The notes under the pieces: generated by a model
The model's database searches: none
The model's input: the letters and a program-made list of their open reading frames with translations, nothing else
What the model was told of the DNA's origin: nothing
Made by a program: the position numbers and the translations under genes
Shown here: in pieces, positions 47,961 through 57,619 of the stretch
How the letters are laid out: each line of letters opens with the position of its first letter
How positions within the stretch are numbered: position 1 is the first letter of the stretch
Source of the DNA: a virus
Taxonomy: Duplodnaviria; Heunggongvirae; Uroviricota; Caudoviricetes
DNA length: 64,000 nucleotides
IMG/VR virus record: IMGVR_UViG_3300009008_000002
Direction: 5' to 3' (one strand)

Positions 47961-48308
47961 TTAATCATCCTTCTCCGGTGGATTTTCAATCGTGCGCATC
48001 ATGTGACTGCGGGCATCTTCATACCCACACCGATCACGCAAGGCTTGCAAGTCATCAAATTCACAATTGCTGATTTTCCCGTCTGAATTTGCTTCCGCAA
48101 TCGCCTCTTTTAATTCAGGATAAGCACCAGTCCAGCCGCCTTCTGCCCATTTAGTTATCTCACCATACTGCTCTGTCTGAATCTCACAGTTTCGACAACT
48201 ATTGACAAGAAGACTAATGAGAAAAATTATAACTAAAGCAGCGCAGACTGCACCAATCCCAACAAAAAGCGGCTTCCACCTATTCCAATTAATGGGTGGC
48301 TTCCTCAT
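47961..48308 (-). CDS. Membrane-anchored hypothetical protein
   Basis: N-terminal TM helix. Confidence 0.7.
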   Translation of the reverse strand: MRKPPINWNRWKPLFVGIGAVCAALVIIFLISLLVNSCRNCEIQTEQYGEITKWAEGGWTGAYPELKEAIAEANSDGKISNCEFDDLQALRDRCGYEDARSHMMRTIENPPEKDD

Positions 48309-48671
48309 TTATTCATCCTCATTCAAATCAGGACGATTAAATACTGCGATGATGCTTTCGCATGGAATCACAAACCAATCGTCGCGTCCCGAACCCGGTT
48401 CAAAGTCCACGGGGATTGCGCCGTTAGGACTTACCAATACCTTGTCGTATTTCTTAAATGGATACTCGTCGTCGGCATAGTCTTCCCTCTTGACTCCCGT
48501 GCCCAACTCGATGATGCGACCTGTCCACTGAGGAATCTTGACAGAATCCGGCAACGCAATCCCGCCCTTCGTCTCGGTCTTGTCGTCATCCTTCTTGACC
48601 AGAACACGCTTGCCAATGGGAGTCACGGTATCCAAATCAGTCGCCTTCTCGGTTTCCGTCTTCTTGGTCAT
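48309..48671 (-). CDS. groES: Co-chaperonin GroES (Cpn10)
   Basis: PIGKRVLVK...TKGGIALPD...GRIIELGTG...IIAV. Confidence 0.85.
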   Translation of the reverse strand: MTKKTETEKATDLDTVTPIGKRVLVKKDDDKTETKGGIALPDSVKIPQWTGRIIELGTGVKREDYADDEYPFKKYDKVLVSPNGAIPVDFEPGSGRDDWFVIPCESIIAVFNRPDLNEDE

Positions 48672-49660
48672 GCTATTTTCCTTTCGCACTTGGCACAGGA
48701 GGCGCATTTATTATTGTAGTCAATACAAACATCCAAGCAGTTCTTACGGCAAATCGGATCAGCAAATGAATCGTGCCGCTCAAACCACGCCATTCTTTCC
48801 TCTCGCATGTTCGGACCAACCTTGCCTATCGGCTGACCGCCCTCTCGCATATTAATTACACACGGAAAGTGCCACTCGCCAGCTACAACGCTGTCGTCAC
48901 GAACCAAATAACACTTGTGAGTATCCGACTCCTGAATCCCTCGGACGTTCCGACCCTCATTAAAGTGATTGACACGATAATTTAAAATCGGGTGCGCCTC
49001 TAAAATCTCTGAGCTAATACCAGACAAACCATCCACCAACTCATTATACTGCGCAGCAGAGATAATGCGAATATCGGCTACGCCTAATTCGTGGGCAAAC
49101 TCAACGATTTTACGCACATCCCCTACGTTCTGCGGAGTCAACACAACACCCACAGTCACGTAAGTCTGGGCAGAAATACGACGAATGTTCTCAACAACGG
49201 TATCCCATTGCCCTGCTATCCCTGCCATTTCGTTGCCAAAGGTAGCACAGCAAGCATCCAAGCTAATTGAGAAATCGTTTACACCCCGATCAATCAACTC
49301 TTCATAAATATTAAAGGGGCGCGAACCATTTGTAGAAATGGCGATTCGTTCGACACCTTGAGTCTTGCACTTAGAAACTAATTTTCCCAAGTCAGAATAC
49401 AATGTCGGTTCGCCACCACTGAATCGGATGTTTTTCAATCCGGCTTCGGTCCACACGTCAAGAGTCTGGTGCGCAATTGCCACGTCCATGTCCGCAGTGC
49501 AGTCCTCGCTCAACACTTTCAAGCCACGACAATACGGGCACTTGAAGTTGCAGCGATTTGTTAAAATCATTTCACAACGCCACATCGGAGATTCCCCGTT
49601 CGCCTGAGAGGCGCGGTGATCCGATAACGTGTAAAATCCGATTTTATCCAGACTTTGCAT
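48668..49660 (-). CDS. Radical SAM protein
   Basis: CNFKCPYC; FSGGEPT; STNG; C-terminal Cys cluster. Confidence 0.9.
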   Translation of the reverse strand: MQSLDKIGFYTLSDHRASQANGESPMWRCEMILTNRCNFKCPYCRGLKVLSEDCTADMDVAIAHQTLDVWTEAGLKNIRFSGGEPTLYSDLGKLVSKCKTQGVERIAISTNGSRPFNIYEELIDRGVNDFSISLDACCATFGNEMAGIAGQWDTVVENIRRISAQTYVTVGVVLTPQNVGDVRKIVEFAHELGVADIRIISAAQYNELVDGLSGISSEILEAHPILNYRVNHFNEGRNVRGIQESDTHKCYLVRDDSVVAGEWHFPCVINMREGGQPIGKVGPNMREERMAWFERHDSFADPICRKNCLDVCIDYNNKCASCAKCERKIA

Positions 49661-49661
49661 C

Positions 49662-50717
49662 CTAGCTCCCATTTTTATAAACAATCTGTCCCAATGTGGC
49701 GTCAGTTATGTCGCAATCTCCCCTTTTGGCTAGATAAGTCGGCTGGAAGATTGCCCCGCCTTTGTAAGCATATAAGTATCTAACCTCAACGAAATCCCCA
49801 ATTTTAGGAACATCTTTGTTCGGAGGTATAGTTACCTTGCCCATGAATACCATTTTGCCGTTATCATCTAATTCAAGTCCTACGCTTCTCTTTCCGGTAG
49901 TCATATCTGCAACGACAAACGTTGCAGTTTTATAAAACTTGAACTTCACTTGTGCCCCACCGCTATTTGGTCTCCCCGGCGTATATGGTGCGTTCTTCTT
50001 TTTGAAAACAATCCCCTCTCTGTTTTCCTTTTCAAGTTGGCGGAATAATTTTAGCTTTTCTTCTCTTGTAAAAGCTGTAGGTACAATTACTATCCCACCG
50101 TTTCCAAAACTTAACGTATTTAACGTCTGAACTCTCTCTATGCACGAAAGACCTTCTAAGTCTTCTCCGCCCAAAGAAAGCAGATCAAACACATGTAGCA
50201 AGTCTTGGATGATTTCTCCGTCAAGAATGCAATCCCCGCTTATAACATCCACTACAGTTGAAGGCAAAGGAACTTCTTGACCCTTTTTATTTAAGCCTAT
50301 AGGAGATCCAGAAGAAACAACCATCCTTCTCTCCCCGTCCATTTTCTCTTGAGCTAGATAGGAGTCATCGTCAATAAACTCCATAGCTGAATCAACCATA
50401 TTTAGAAGCTGTGGTAATTTCACTACTTCTTTGGGGGCGGTTGCATTACCAACATATTGAGCAGAAGAAGATTCGCCTTCGATATATCCCTTAGCGCGCT
50501 TAGAATGCACTAATTTGTGATATATTTTTTCTGCCTGTTCTAAAGAAACTGGAGAAGCTGTCTTTGTTCCGCTTTTTAGCGCACTGCCCCTGCGGCCATA
50601 TTGGAAATTAACGACGTATCCATCGCCTTTTTCCTCCAACTGAGCATGATACTCTTTGTCTGAACTTCCTTGTTGGAAATAAAGAGAAACCTGATTTATT
50701 ATCATTGTTGTTGTCAT
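49662..50717 (-). CDS. WGR-domain ATP-dependent DNA ligase
   Basis: SSDKEY..YGRRG..K..KGY (WGR); EKMDG, LDGE, FDLL, EGIVFK, KFK; OB-fold tail. Confidence 0.85.
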   Translation of the reverse strand: MTTTMIINQVSLYFQQGSSDKEYHAQLEEKGDGYVVNFQYGRRGSALKSGTKTASPVSLEQAEKIYHKLVHSKRAKGYIEGESSSAQYVGNATAPKEVVKLPQLLNMVDSAMEFIDDDSYLAQEKMDGERRMVVSSGSPIGLNKKGQEVPLPSTVVDVISGDCILDGEIIQDLLHVFDLLSLGGEDLEGLSCIERVQTLNTLSFGNGGIVIVPTAFTREEKLKLFRQLEKENREGIVFKKKNAPYTPGRPNSGGAQVKFKFYKTATFVVADMTTGKRSVGLELDDNGKMVFMGKVTIPPNKDVPKIGDFVEVRYLYAYKGGAIFQPTYLAKRGDCDITDATLGQIVYKNGS

Positions 50718-51157
50718 CCTAATTCCCTCAATCGTCTTTCAAGGTCGGCTCTCTGTCTCTCTAAGTGTCGTCGCTGGCTGTTGTCCCGCCTCTTTTTTTT
50801 CGCCTCTTTTGATTTTTGAACCCGGTCGTCTTCTTTTAGCACTTCGACCACTTCACCACTGATCACTAGAATTTCCGGCACACCATATTGGGCAGCATCG
50901 CTTCGCTTACTCCAATACGTTACGGCAGAACGTGCTGGCCCGATTCTGGCATATATTCTCGCCTTTTGAATGTCATCCACCCAACTATTGCCGTATCCGC
51001 CGTAGCCCTTTGCACGAAAGAATTTACCTTCCGAATTGCGGACCACGTAAACAGTCAATTGCTGCGCTGGGACATTAAATTCTTCTTCAGCTTCTACCAG
51101 TGGTTCGTCTGACATTTTATATCCACTCTCCACAATGGGGACAACGTTTCTTTCCAC
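50714..51157 (-). CDS. Hypothetical protein
   Basis: ORF in the gene chain. Confidence 0.65.
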   Translation of the reverse strand: MERNVVPIVESGYKMSDEPLVEAEEEFNVPAQQLTVYVVRNSEGKFFRAKGYGGYGNSWVDDIQKARIYARIGPARSAVTYWSKRSDAAQYGVPEILVISGEVVEVLKEDDRVQKSKEAKKKRRDNSQRRHLERQRADLERRLRELG

Positions 51158-51264
51158 ACTGCGCCTTCATCATATTAATTGCGTGACGCTCTTCTGCTTT
51201 TGTCATGGGCCGATTCATTTCAGCCCACCAATTGCGACACCAATTACGAATCCAAGTCAACATG

Positions 51265-51564
51265 CTATTGTCTCTTTCGCTCAACTCCCCCACCTGCCAT
51301 TTCGTGGGTAGCAACTTCGGTCAACACTTGTTCGTAGGCTACAATTTCAAAATCAGCCGGATCGCGTTCGGGCCGGTTTGGGCGACGTGTGCTAGTGCCA
51401 GCATCCCTTGTGTTGGCGATAAAAGAATTCTTTGCAGCACCCATGCTTGTGAATTCCTTACCCTTCTCGTCAAACACAACATCAGATTGATACCTGTGTG
51501 GCTCCGATGCTCGCCTTGGTTTCCAGAATAAACCGTCACTCTTGCGGCGGATTTTGTATATCAC
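51265..51564 (-). CDS. Hypothetical protein
   Basis: IYKIRRKSDGLF phage-type N-terminus. Confidence 0.65.
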   Translation of the reverse strand: MIYKIRRKSDGLFWKPRRASEPHRYQSDVVFDEKGKEFTSMGAAKNSFIANTRDAGTSTRRPNRPERDPADFEIVAYEQVLTEVATHEMAGGGVERKRQ

Positions 51565-51566
51565 TC

Positions 51567-52571
51567 TTAACTCCCTGTGCTGAATTCATAGACCGGAACA
51601 CCATCAATTTCCTTGTCGGCTTTATGGGCACCTTCAAGGAAGCTGTGGTGATAATCCTTCGTGGCTTGCATACAACGCTCGAAGTGGTAACACAACTCCA
51701 ACCACGTCGGACTCTCCAACACTTCCGACTGGAAAGGTTCAGATTTTTCGTCTTCGTCACCACCCCAATAGTCATCAGCATGACCTATGAAAATACAGGG
51801 GCCTTCGACCGCAACCTCATCCAAGTTGTCTTGCGGAACGTCTTCAACTGTCTGGTAGGCGGAATAAAAACAGGCTGGGTTTTTAATCTCCAAACCCGCC
51901 TCAGCATATCGCTGTTTAATATACGTGTTCGTTCGCTCACCCAAGGCATCGCCAGCCTCTCGTGATTCATCCCACTTCACTTTGCGGGCATCAATCTCTT
52001 CGGGAGTGTTGAAACTTCCTCGAATGAAATTGTCCGCAACATCCGGCCCACCCATGCAAGGGCGAACAATCGTGTCGGCTTTAATTTTCTCCGTCTTGCC
52101 GCTTGTGCCGTCGTAAGCATGAGTCACCTTGCCCGCAATCATGCCATCGACAACATCCGGTCCAAAGGGATTCTCAATTCGACGCCACTGCTTGGGAACA
52201 CCAGCACCACCACTGACACCATCAATCTCAAACTTCCAACCTACCGGAAGTTCCTGTGCCTGCATGTGGGTTTTAATTCCCGTGCCATTGGCTTCGTAGA
52301 GAATTTCGGTGGGATACGTGTCACCAAATGAGGCATGAAGTGAAGCAAGTTCTCGCCTCAATTCTTCGTAGCCATTCTGATCAAGCGGGAAGCTGTCATA
52401 GCCACTCATGGTTGTGTTCAATTGAGCTACGCTGTCATCCTCATCAGCAATAGCCAACATCAAACCCATTACGTCCTGCAACTCAGCCCTATCTCGATTG
52501 GCTGGATTATAGGAACCAATATAGGCGACCAATGACAAAAGCGGGCCGCTCATTTCCACGGGACCATTCAT
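51567..52571 (-). CDS. Hypothetical protein
   Basis: About 334 aa; start after GGAG. Confidence 0.8.
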   Translation of the reverse strand: MNGPVEMSGPLLSLVAYIGSYNPANRDRAELQDVMGLMLAIADEDDSVAQLNTTMSGYDSFPLDQNGYEELRRELASLHASFGDTYPTEILYEANGTGIKTHMQAQELPVGWKFEIDGVSGGAGVPKQWRRIENPFGPDVVDGMIAGKVTHAYDGTSGKTEKIKADTIVRPCMGGPDVADNFIRGSFNTPEEIDARKVKWDESREAGDALGERTNTYIKQRYAEAGLEIKNPACFYSAYQTVEDVPQDNLDEVAVEGPCIFIGHADDYWGGDEDEKSEPFQSEVLESPTWLELCYHFERCMQATKDYHHSFLEGAHKADKEIDGVPVYEFSTGS

Positions 52572-52625
52572 GTTTTTTCTCCGAAACGAGGTTTTGTTTG
52601 GGTATCGTTTCGGCCCCAATTTTAG

Positions 52626-52799
52626 ATGAAAAACGATGCTGGCCTCAACAATTTAGCCAGCGCGGCCGCTTATGGCTTTGGTTCGGCTTACCTCCGTTGG
52701 CCTTCTCCTACGGAATGTAGACGCATTTGTTGGTGCCAAGCCACCTACCCCCTGCATCGCGCCGCCAGCAGAGGGAACCCCACGGGGATTCTTGGTTCA
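52626..52799 (-). ncRNA. Candidate structured intergenic RNA
   Basis: Hairpins GAATCCC/GGGGTTC, CCTCTGC/GCAGGGG, TGGCTT/AAGCCA, GCTGGCT/GGCCAGC. Confidence 0.35.
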
Positions 52800-53084
52800 C
52801 TAAAGTTCCGGGTGTGTCGATTGATGGTTTAATGCCAACTTGTAGGCATCCTCAATCCCATCTAAAGAGTCAAATCCAAACTTGTAGTCCGTCGTCATTA
52901 TAGCACCGATCAGCTTCTCAACTGGCTTGTCTGCATCGGTGCATTGAACCTCGACAATAAACTTACCTGATCCGTCATCAAATAATGACAAATGACAAGC
53001 GGCTATCTGCTTGCCTGGACCCCAATCCGCATTCTCAATCTCTTTGATCATGCGAATTAAATCATTTGCTGTAATCTCTTGCAT
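52800..53084 (-). CDS. Hypothetical protein
   Basis: ORF in the gene chain. Confidence 0.65.
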   Translation of the reverse strand: MQEITANDLIRMIKEIENADWGPGKQIAACHLSLFDDGSGKFIVEVQCTDADKPVEKLIGAIMTTDYKFGFDSLDGIEDAYKLALNHQSTHPEL

Positions 53085-53274
53085 ACGTCTTCGCCTCTTC
53101 TTCTAATTTCACCTTCATCAAGAAACCACAGAGGCTTTATATTAAAGCCACCCATAGGAATGCCATCAACAACCCACTCGCCTTGATCCCATATTTCCTC
53201 GTTGTCGCTGGTCATTATTACATGTTGGCCATGCGTTGAATATTCGGGTTTTAATGAAACGTATTTCAACACAT

Positions 53275-53829
53275 CTAATTCCTTAACACGTCTTCGTCCC
53301 CAGGCTTCATTTTGAATACACCAGAAGACTTGCCATCCGTTTTTAGGTCTTCTACAATTTTATTCACCGTTTCCTTGAAACCCGGCTCCTCGGCAAGTTT
53401 GGCAGTAGCTTCATCAAACCCAGGTGGATGCTCATATTTAAATGGCACCTTCTTTTCCTCGGTGAATTCTTCATCCAGTAAATGCTCATATTTAAATGGC
53501 ACCTTCTTTTCCTCGGTGAATTCTTCATCCAGTAAATTAAGTTCTGCCATCACACGACAACCCACTTCAATTAAAACATCCCAGTGTTCACCAACACCCT
53601 CCGCATCCTCTGGAATGTAGGCTTCCAATGCCTTCCGTGTGATTACTTGATCCTGATGCTGCACTAAGAATTTAGATAAATTCAAAATGAACATGTCGGC
53701 TGTTGAAAATACTCCATAACACAAAGGTGGGGCATAATTGTGCGCCCTAATGCCCTGTGCAATCGCCGCAATTGGAGCATTGTCAATCGGATCTGTTACT
53801 ACCCAAGTGTTTCCCGTATGAAACGTCAT
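53275..53829 (-). CDS. Hypothetical protein with an exact 18-aa tandem duplication
   Basis: LLDEEFTEEKKVPFKYEH twice. Confidence 0.7.
   Translation of the reverse strand: MTFHTGNTWVVTDPIDNAPIAAIAQGIRAHNYAPPLCYGVFSTADMFILNLSKFLVQHQDQVITRKALEAYIPEDAEGVGEHWDVLIEVGCRVMAELNLLDEEFTEEKKVPFKYEHLLDEEFTEEKKVPFKYEHPPGFDEATAKLAEEPGFKETVNKIVEDLKTDGKSSGVFKMKPGDEDVLRN
53428..53535. repeat. Exact 54-bp tandem duplication (in frame)
   Basis: 53428-53481 is identical to 53482-53535. Confidence 0.95.
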
Positions 53830-54046
53830 CCCGTCATCCTTTTAATTTTGAATCCATATTGTTCCGCAACTGCGGGTACGTCACCCGCAATTACCCCGTG
53901 AAGTGCTATGTAATGTCTCGGCACTTCATACACACAGTCACCAATCGTAATGTCGATGCACTCCCCAAGTTCATCAACTAATTTCTGAATCGTCGCCTCC
54001 ATTTCGGGGCTACTGTAGTGAAGCGGCTCGCCACAAGCGCACATCT

Positions 54047-54331
54047 TCATAGCTTTGTCTTCTCCTGCCATTCGGCAGCTAAGGTTTCCCTATCCATCCC
54101 CAGTTTTTCCAATGCGAAATTTAACAAATTCTCGTCAGTTACTTCATCCCCATTGCAAAAAGGACAAACATCACTATCTTCTTCACCATCCATACTTAAA
54201 CTGTGACTCAACCCCCTCTCGTCAGCACAACCAGTGCAAAGATGCACCCCGCAATCTTGACAAGATGTGTAACCACCACAATCAGGAAATGTCTCGCCAC
54301 AAGTTTCGCAAGCAATAAAATCAACTCCCAT
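54047..54331 (-). CDS. Cys-rich zinc-finger protein
   Basis: CETC, CQDC, CTGC, CPFC. Confidence 0.7.
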   Translation of the reverse strand: MGVDFIACETCGETFPDCGGYTSCQDCGVHLCTGCADERGLSHSLSMDGEEDSDVCPFCNGDEVTDENLLNFALEKLGMDRETLAAEWQEKTKL

Positions 54332-55322
54332 TGGCCAACCCCCTAAATACGTCGTAATAATGATTGAGCATGTTCCACATGCGCTGCTTCGGAAGTTCCG
54401 AACGTAATGATGCCCGTCTTAAATTCTGCCACCGTTCAAGAAACTGGTGCATAGCCAACTTCATTTGTAGACCGCTTAAATAGCTGATCCAATCCGCTCC
54501 ATCTTCCACTTGACACGAATTGTAATCGTGAATCCCTACCCCATAAGGCACCATTTCAGGAACCCCACCACTGTTCGCATATAAAACCGGCAAGCCACAA
54601 CTCACTGCCTCAGCAACCACCTTCGGTGAAGCATCACGATATGATAAATTAACTAATGCATCATGGTGCCTCATTAAATCTGCAAGCTCTTCAGGACTCT
54701 CAACGTAATCCACGATTTTAACTAATCGCTCGTTCCTCAAAAACTCGCTGTCGTCACCGAAACACTCCGCTACGTCATTCCCCACAATCGTTATGCAATG
54801 ATTAAATTGCATGACCGCCGTGCGGAAATACTCCAATAAATGACCCCGCTTCTCGTCTCGCTTCCACGATGTAGCTACCGCTAACCATCGCTGTGGCCCG
54901 TCATTGCTAAAATCGAACCTTGGATAAAATGTATCCGTGTCCACCCAATTTAATGCGACCGACTCCGACTTCAATGGCTCACCACACAACTGATAGTAAC
55001 TGCGCCTCGAAAACTCTGAGACAAAAATTACATGGGCAGCTTGATAGGCAGCATCATTTAACGGCTCATTGCGTTCCTGTAAATCCAACTGAAAGAATAC
55101 GCCATCCATCCTCTTGACTCGCGGAACGTCATATTCAAACACGTAGGAAGGAAATACATCATTCGTGAAGATTACGTCAGCCAAATCAGGGTCAGTTACC
55201 CACTCAGCTTGAAAGTGATCAGCGTATTTCTTCAAAAGAGATACGCACGCATTCTCCACGGGTCCACCGTAACCACGGTGGACGGGGCGCTCGGTCGAGT
55301 TGGAACAGTCATATATTCTCAT
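54321..55322 (-). CDS. Glycosyltransferase family 4 (GT-B)
   Basis: IFVSEFS; VDTDTFYP; KRG; DASPKVVAEAVSCGLPV...SGGVPEMV. Confidence 0.85.
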   Translation of the reverse strand: MRIYDCSNSTERPVHRGYGGPVENACVSLLKKYADHFQAEWVTDPDLADVIFTNDVFPSYVFEYDVPRVKRMDGVFFQLDLQERNEPLNDAAYQAAHVIFVSEFSRRSYYQLCGEPLKSESVALNWVDTDTFYPRFDFSNDGPQRWLAVATSWKRDEKRGHLLEYFRTAVMQFNHCITIVGNDVAECFGDDSEFLRNERLVKIVDYVESPEELADLMRHHDALVNLSYRDASPKVVAEAVSCGLPVLYANSGGVPEMVPYGVGIHDYNSCQVEDGADWISYLSGLQMKLAMHQFLERWQNLRRASLRSELPKQRMWNMLNHYYDVFRGLANGS

Positions 55323-55648
55323 GTTATATGAATTTTCCAGCCGCTATTCACCAACCATTCGATATGAACCCTGGCTCTCTCATAGTCGTCAGCTATCTCT
55401 TGAAACGTCTCTTCAAACTCAGTGAAACATCCTGCGTGAACATACCTGTTGGGAACACCAACTTGATTGGAAATTATAAACCAAATGTCAGTTGTATTCT
55501 GTGGTGTGATTGGCTCTTTGCAAATAGGGCAGACTTCCTGCATACGACCACGCCAACCCCCTGTTTTCTTAAAGAAATCAGACTTAAAGAAATCAGAGTA
55601 GAAATAAAATACAACCGTCTTGTCGCCCCATTTAATTGATTTTTTCAT
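55319..55648 (-). CDS. Hypothetical protein
   Basis: ORF in the gene chain. Confidence 0.6.
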   Translation of the reverse strand: MKKSIKWGDKTVVFYFYSDFFKSDFFKKTGGWRGRMQEVCPICKEPITPQNTTDIWFIISNQVGVPNRYVHAGCFTEFEETFQEIADDYERARVHIEWLVNSGWKIHIT

Positions 55649-56453
55649 AAAAATGCGGCACGAATCCGCCCTGGTTGCAACCTACTACTGGAACCATTAA
55701 ATCACCAGTCTGATCACACTCCATAGTGCGACAGACGATGGGGTGCCAGTTGCGAGTTTCGCTTACCACCAATTTCGGATCAATTAAAACGTGAACGCCA
55801 CCACGGGTTTCAATGATGGTCACTGCCTCTTGACCCACCACTTCCACTACCCGCTTATAAATTGCAGGAGTGCTTAAATCGCACTTGGGCGAATTGTCAT
55901 CGGTATCTTTCCCGGTCGGACGGTCCACGTCAAAATGCACAAAGGTAGACCGCGACTTAGCCTTGTGAATCTGAGTCAGCGCCTCGGAATGAGGGTTCAA
56001 ATCCATGTCGGGCTGGGTATCTTGCTTCCGAATCATCCCAATTAAAGATTGGGCGGCGGCAAAAGTCGCCTTCCGCATATCTCTCGGATTGAGAGTGATA
56101 TAGAGCGCCATTGCTTCATCGGGAATTGCTACGCCCTCTTTCGTGGTGTAGCTGCCAACAGAACACTCTAACTGGCGGATTTTCTCCAACATCCGTTCCT
56201 TGTCAGAAACAAATCGCCTCAGTTGAGTCTTGTCAGAAGATTTAAGAAATGGCGCATACTTCTTCCGTGCCTGCAAGCAGAAATAAAACCGCTCGTTGGG
56301 GCGCAGTTCGGGTAGCCATTCAATGAATTGCAGCAAAAGGCTTTCGTCCTGAATGACTCGATGCCTTTGAGGACAACACCGTGCCGCTTCATCAATGGTC
56401 AAACCGTCTCGGTGACACACGCTGCAAGTTGAATTATTCTGGTTCTGGTTCAT
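55632..56453 (-). CDS. Putative AEP (primase-polymerase) superfamily protein
   Basis: hhDhD (HFDVD) and TRGGVH resemble AEP motifs I and II; LYITLNPR. Confidence 0.45.
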   Translation of the reverse strand: MNQNQNNSTCSVCHRDGLTIDEAARCCPQRHRVIQDESLLLQFIEWLPELRPNERFYFCLQARKKYAPFLKSSDKTQLRRFVSDKERMLEKIRQLECSVGSYTTKEGVAIPDEAMALYITLNPRDMRKATFAAAQSLIGMIRKQDTQPDMDLNPHSEALTQIHKAKSRSTFVHFDVDRPTGKDTDDNSPKCDLSTPAIYKRVVEVVGQEAVTIIETRGGVHVLIDPKLVVSETRNWHPIVCRTMECDQTGDLMVPVVGCNQGGFVPHFYEKIN

Positions 56454-56519
56454 CTGTGTCTAATTTCTCGAAAAAAGCATTGTCAATGTCCACTTCAAGT
56501 TGCACACCCTGCCAATGCA

Positions 56520-56813
56520 TTATCGACTCCTCGGTATATTCAAAGCGTCCATCGCCCGTTCAACATCCTCTTTCGCAGTCCGTAAATCGCAACCCTTGCG
56601 ATCCTTATACATTTTAACTGCGTGAATCTTCCTTGGTGGATTCTCACGTAAGCAATCAATTTCATCCTTCAACAACCCGTGTGTCTCTTTCTTCGGATCA
56701 CGGGTGTAGCTCACCACCCCAACACGCAAAGCCTTTTTCAAATGGTGCGAAACATCCTTGTCGTCCGTCTCTTCCATCAATTGCACCAATTTTATCAGTT
56801 GGTCTGCGTTCAT
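56520..56813 (-). CDS. Ribosomal protein L7/L12 C-terminal-like domain protein
   Basis: KIHAVKMYKDRKGCDLRTAKEDVE resembles KIxxIKxxRxxxGLxLxEAKxxVE. Confidence 0.65.
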   Translation of the reverse strand: MNADQLIKLVQLMEETDDKDVSHHLKKALRVGVVSYTRDPKKETHGLLKDEIDCLRENPPRKIHAVKMYKDRKGCDLRTAKEDVERAMDALNIPRSR

Positions 56814-57069
56814 TCATCACCGGGTAATAAGTCTAGGATTTCTTCGTCGCTCAAGTCTTCTTTCCACTGGTAGATTACCAGCACCTTCTCGCCACTGTCC
56901 TTTTCTACAATTTTATATCGTCCCTCTGGGTGTTGCGCCTCGTTTAATAGGTCGCAAATGTCTGGAAGCTCCCAAGACTCTTTGAGTTCGTATTCCCCAA
57001 CCCATAAAGCAAGATGCGGCTTTTCATCCGAAACAAGATCAGCTATGTCTGGATGAATGGTAATTCCCT

Positions 57070-57357
57070 TCATATCGCCACTCCTATCGCAAGGCCCAAC
57101 AACAGGCCAGTTATGAAGACAACAACGAACGCCGCTATCTCTAACAGCCTTTTCTTTGAATGCTCTCCCCACCATAGAGGAACAAAAGATCGACTTTTTC
57201 TAACACAAGTTTCAACTTCCCGCTTACGCCCAATTTTAGTCACAAAATAACCCATCTGGCGTATTGTGGCCTGCGCCTCTACCTCACTCTCCGCAGTGAT
57301 GGTGTCTTTAATTTCCATCCCCGTCGCATCCATCGCCTCAAATTGAAATGTGGGCAT
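57070..57357 (-). CDS. PilC/GspF N-terminal fragment fused to a TM helix
   Basis: MPTFQFEAMDATG..IKDTITAESEVEAQATIRQMGYFVTKI, then one TM helix; no T2SSF domains. Confidence 0.7.
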   Translation of the reverse strand: MPTFQFEAMDATGMEIKDTITAESEVEAQATIRQMGYFVTKIGRKREVETCVRKSRSFVPLWWGEHSKKRLLEIAAFVVVFITGLLLGLAIGVAI

Positions 57358-57358
57358 T

Positions 57359-57619
57359 TTAATTCCTTTGTGCCAACCAAGGGAATAATATATTGTCACG
57401 ATAAAGAAATGGTTTGCCCCCATCAATCTCGTCAACAGGATTCCCATGTCCATCACGAAGGAACCCCCCCGTCCATGCGTAATTGTCTTTGTCTGCAACT
57501 TCTGTGTCTTCCTCAGAAGCAACACCAGGATTCGCATTTCGGAATTGTTCTAACACTTCATCCGATACCTGATCTGAATGGTCCCTCAATAATTCGGCGT
57601 GACTTGAAAAATTTCCCAT
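57359..57619 (-). CDS. Hypothetical protein
   Basis: ORF in the gene chain. Confidence 0.6.
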   Translation of the reverse strand: MGNFSSHAELLRDHSDQVSDEVLEQFRNANPGVASEEDTEVADKDNYAWTGGFLRDGHGNPVDEIDGGKPFLYRDNILFPWLAQRN

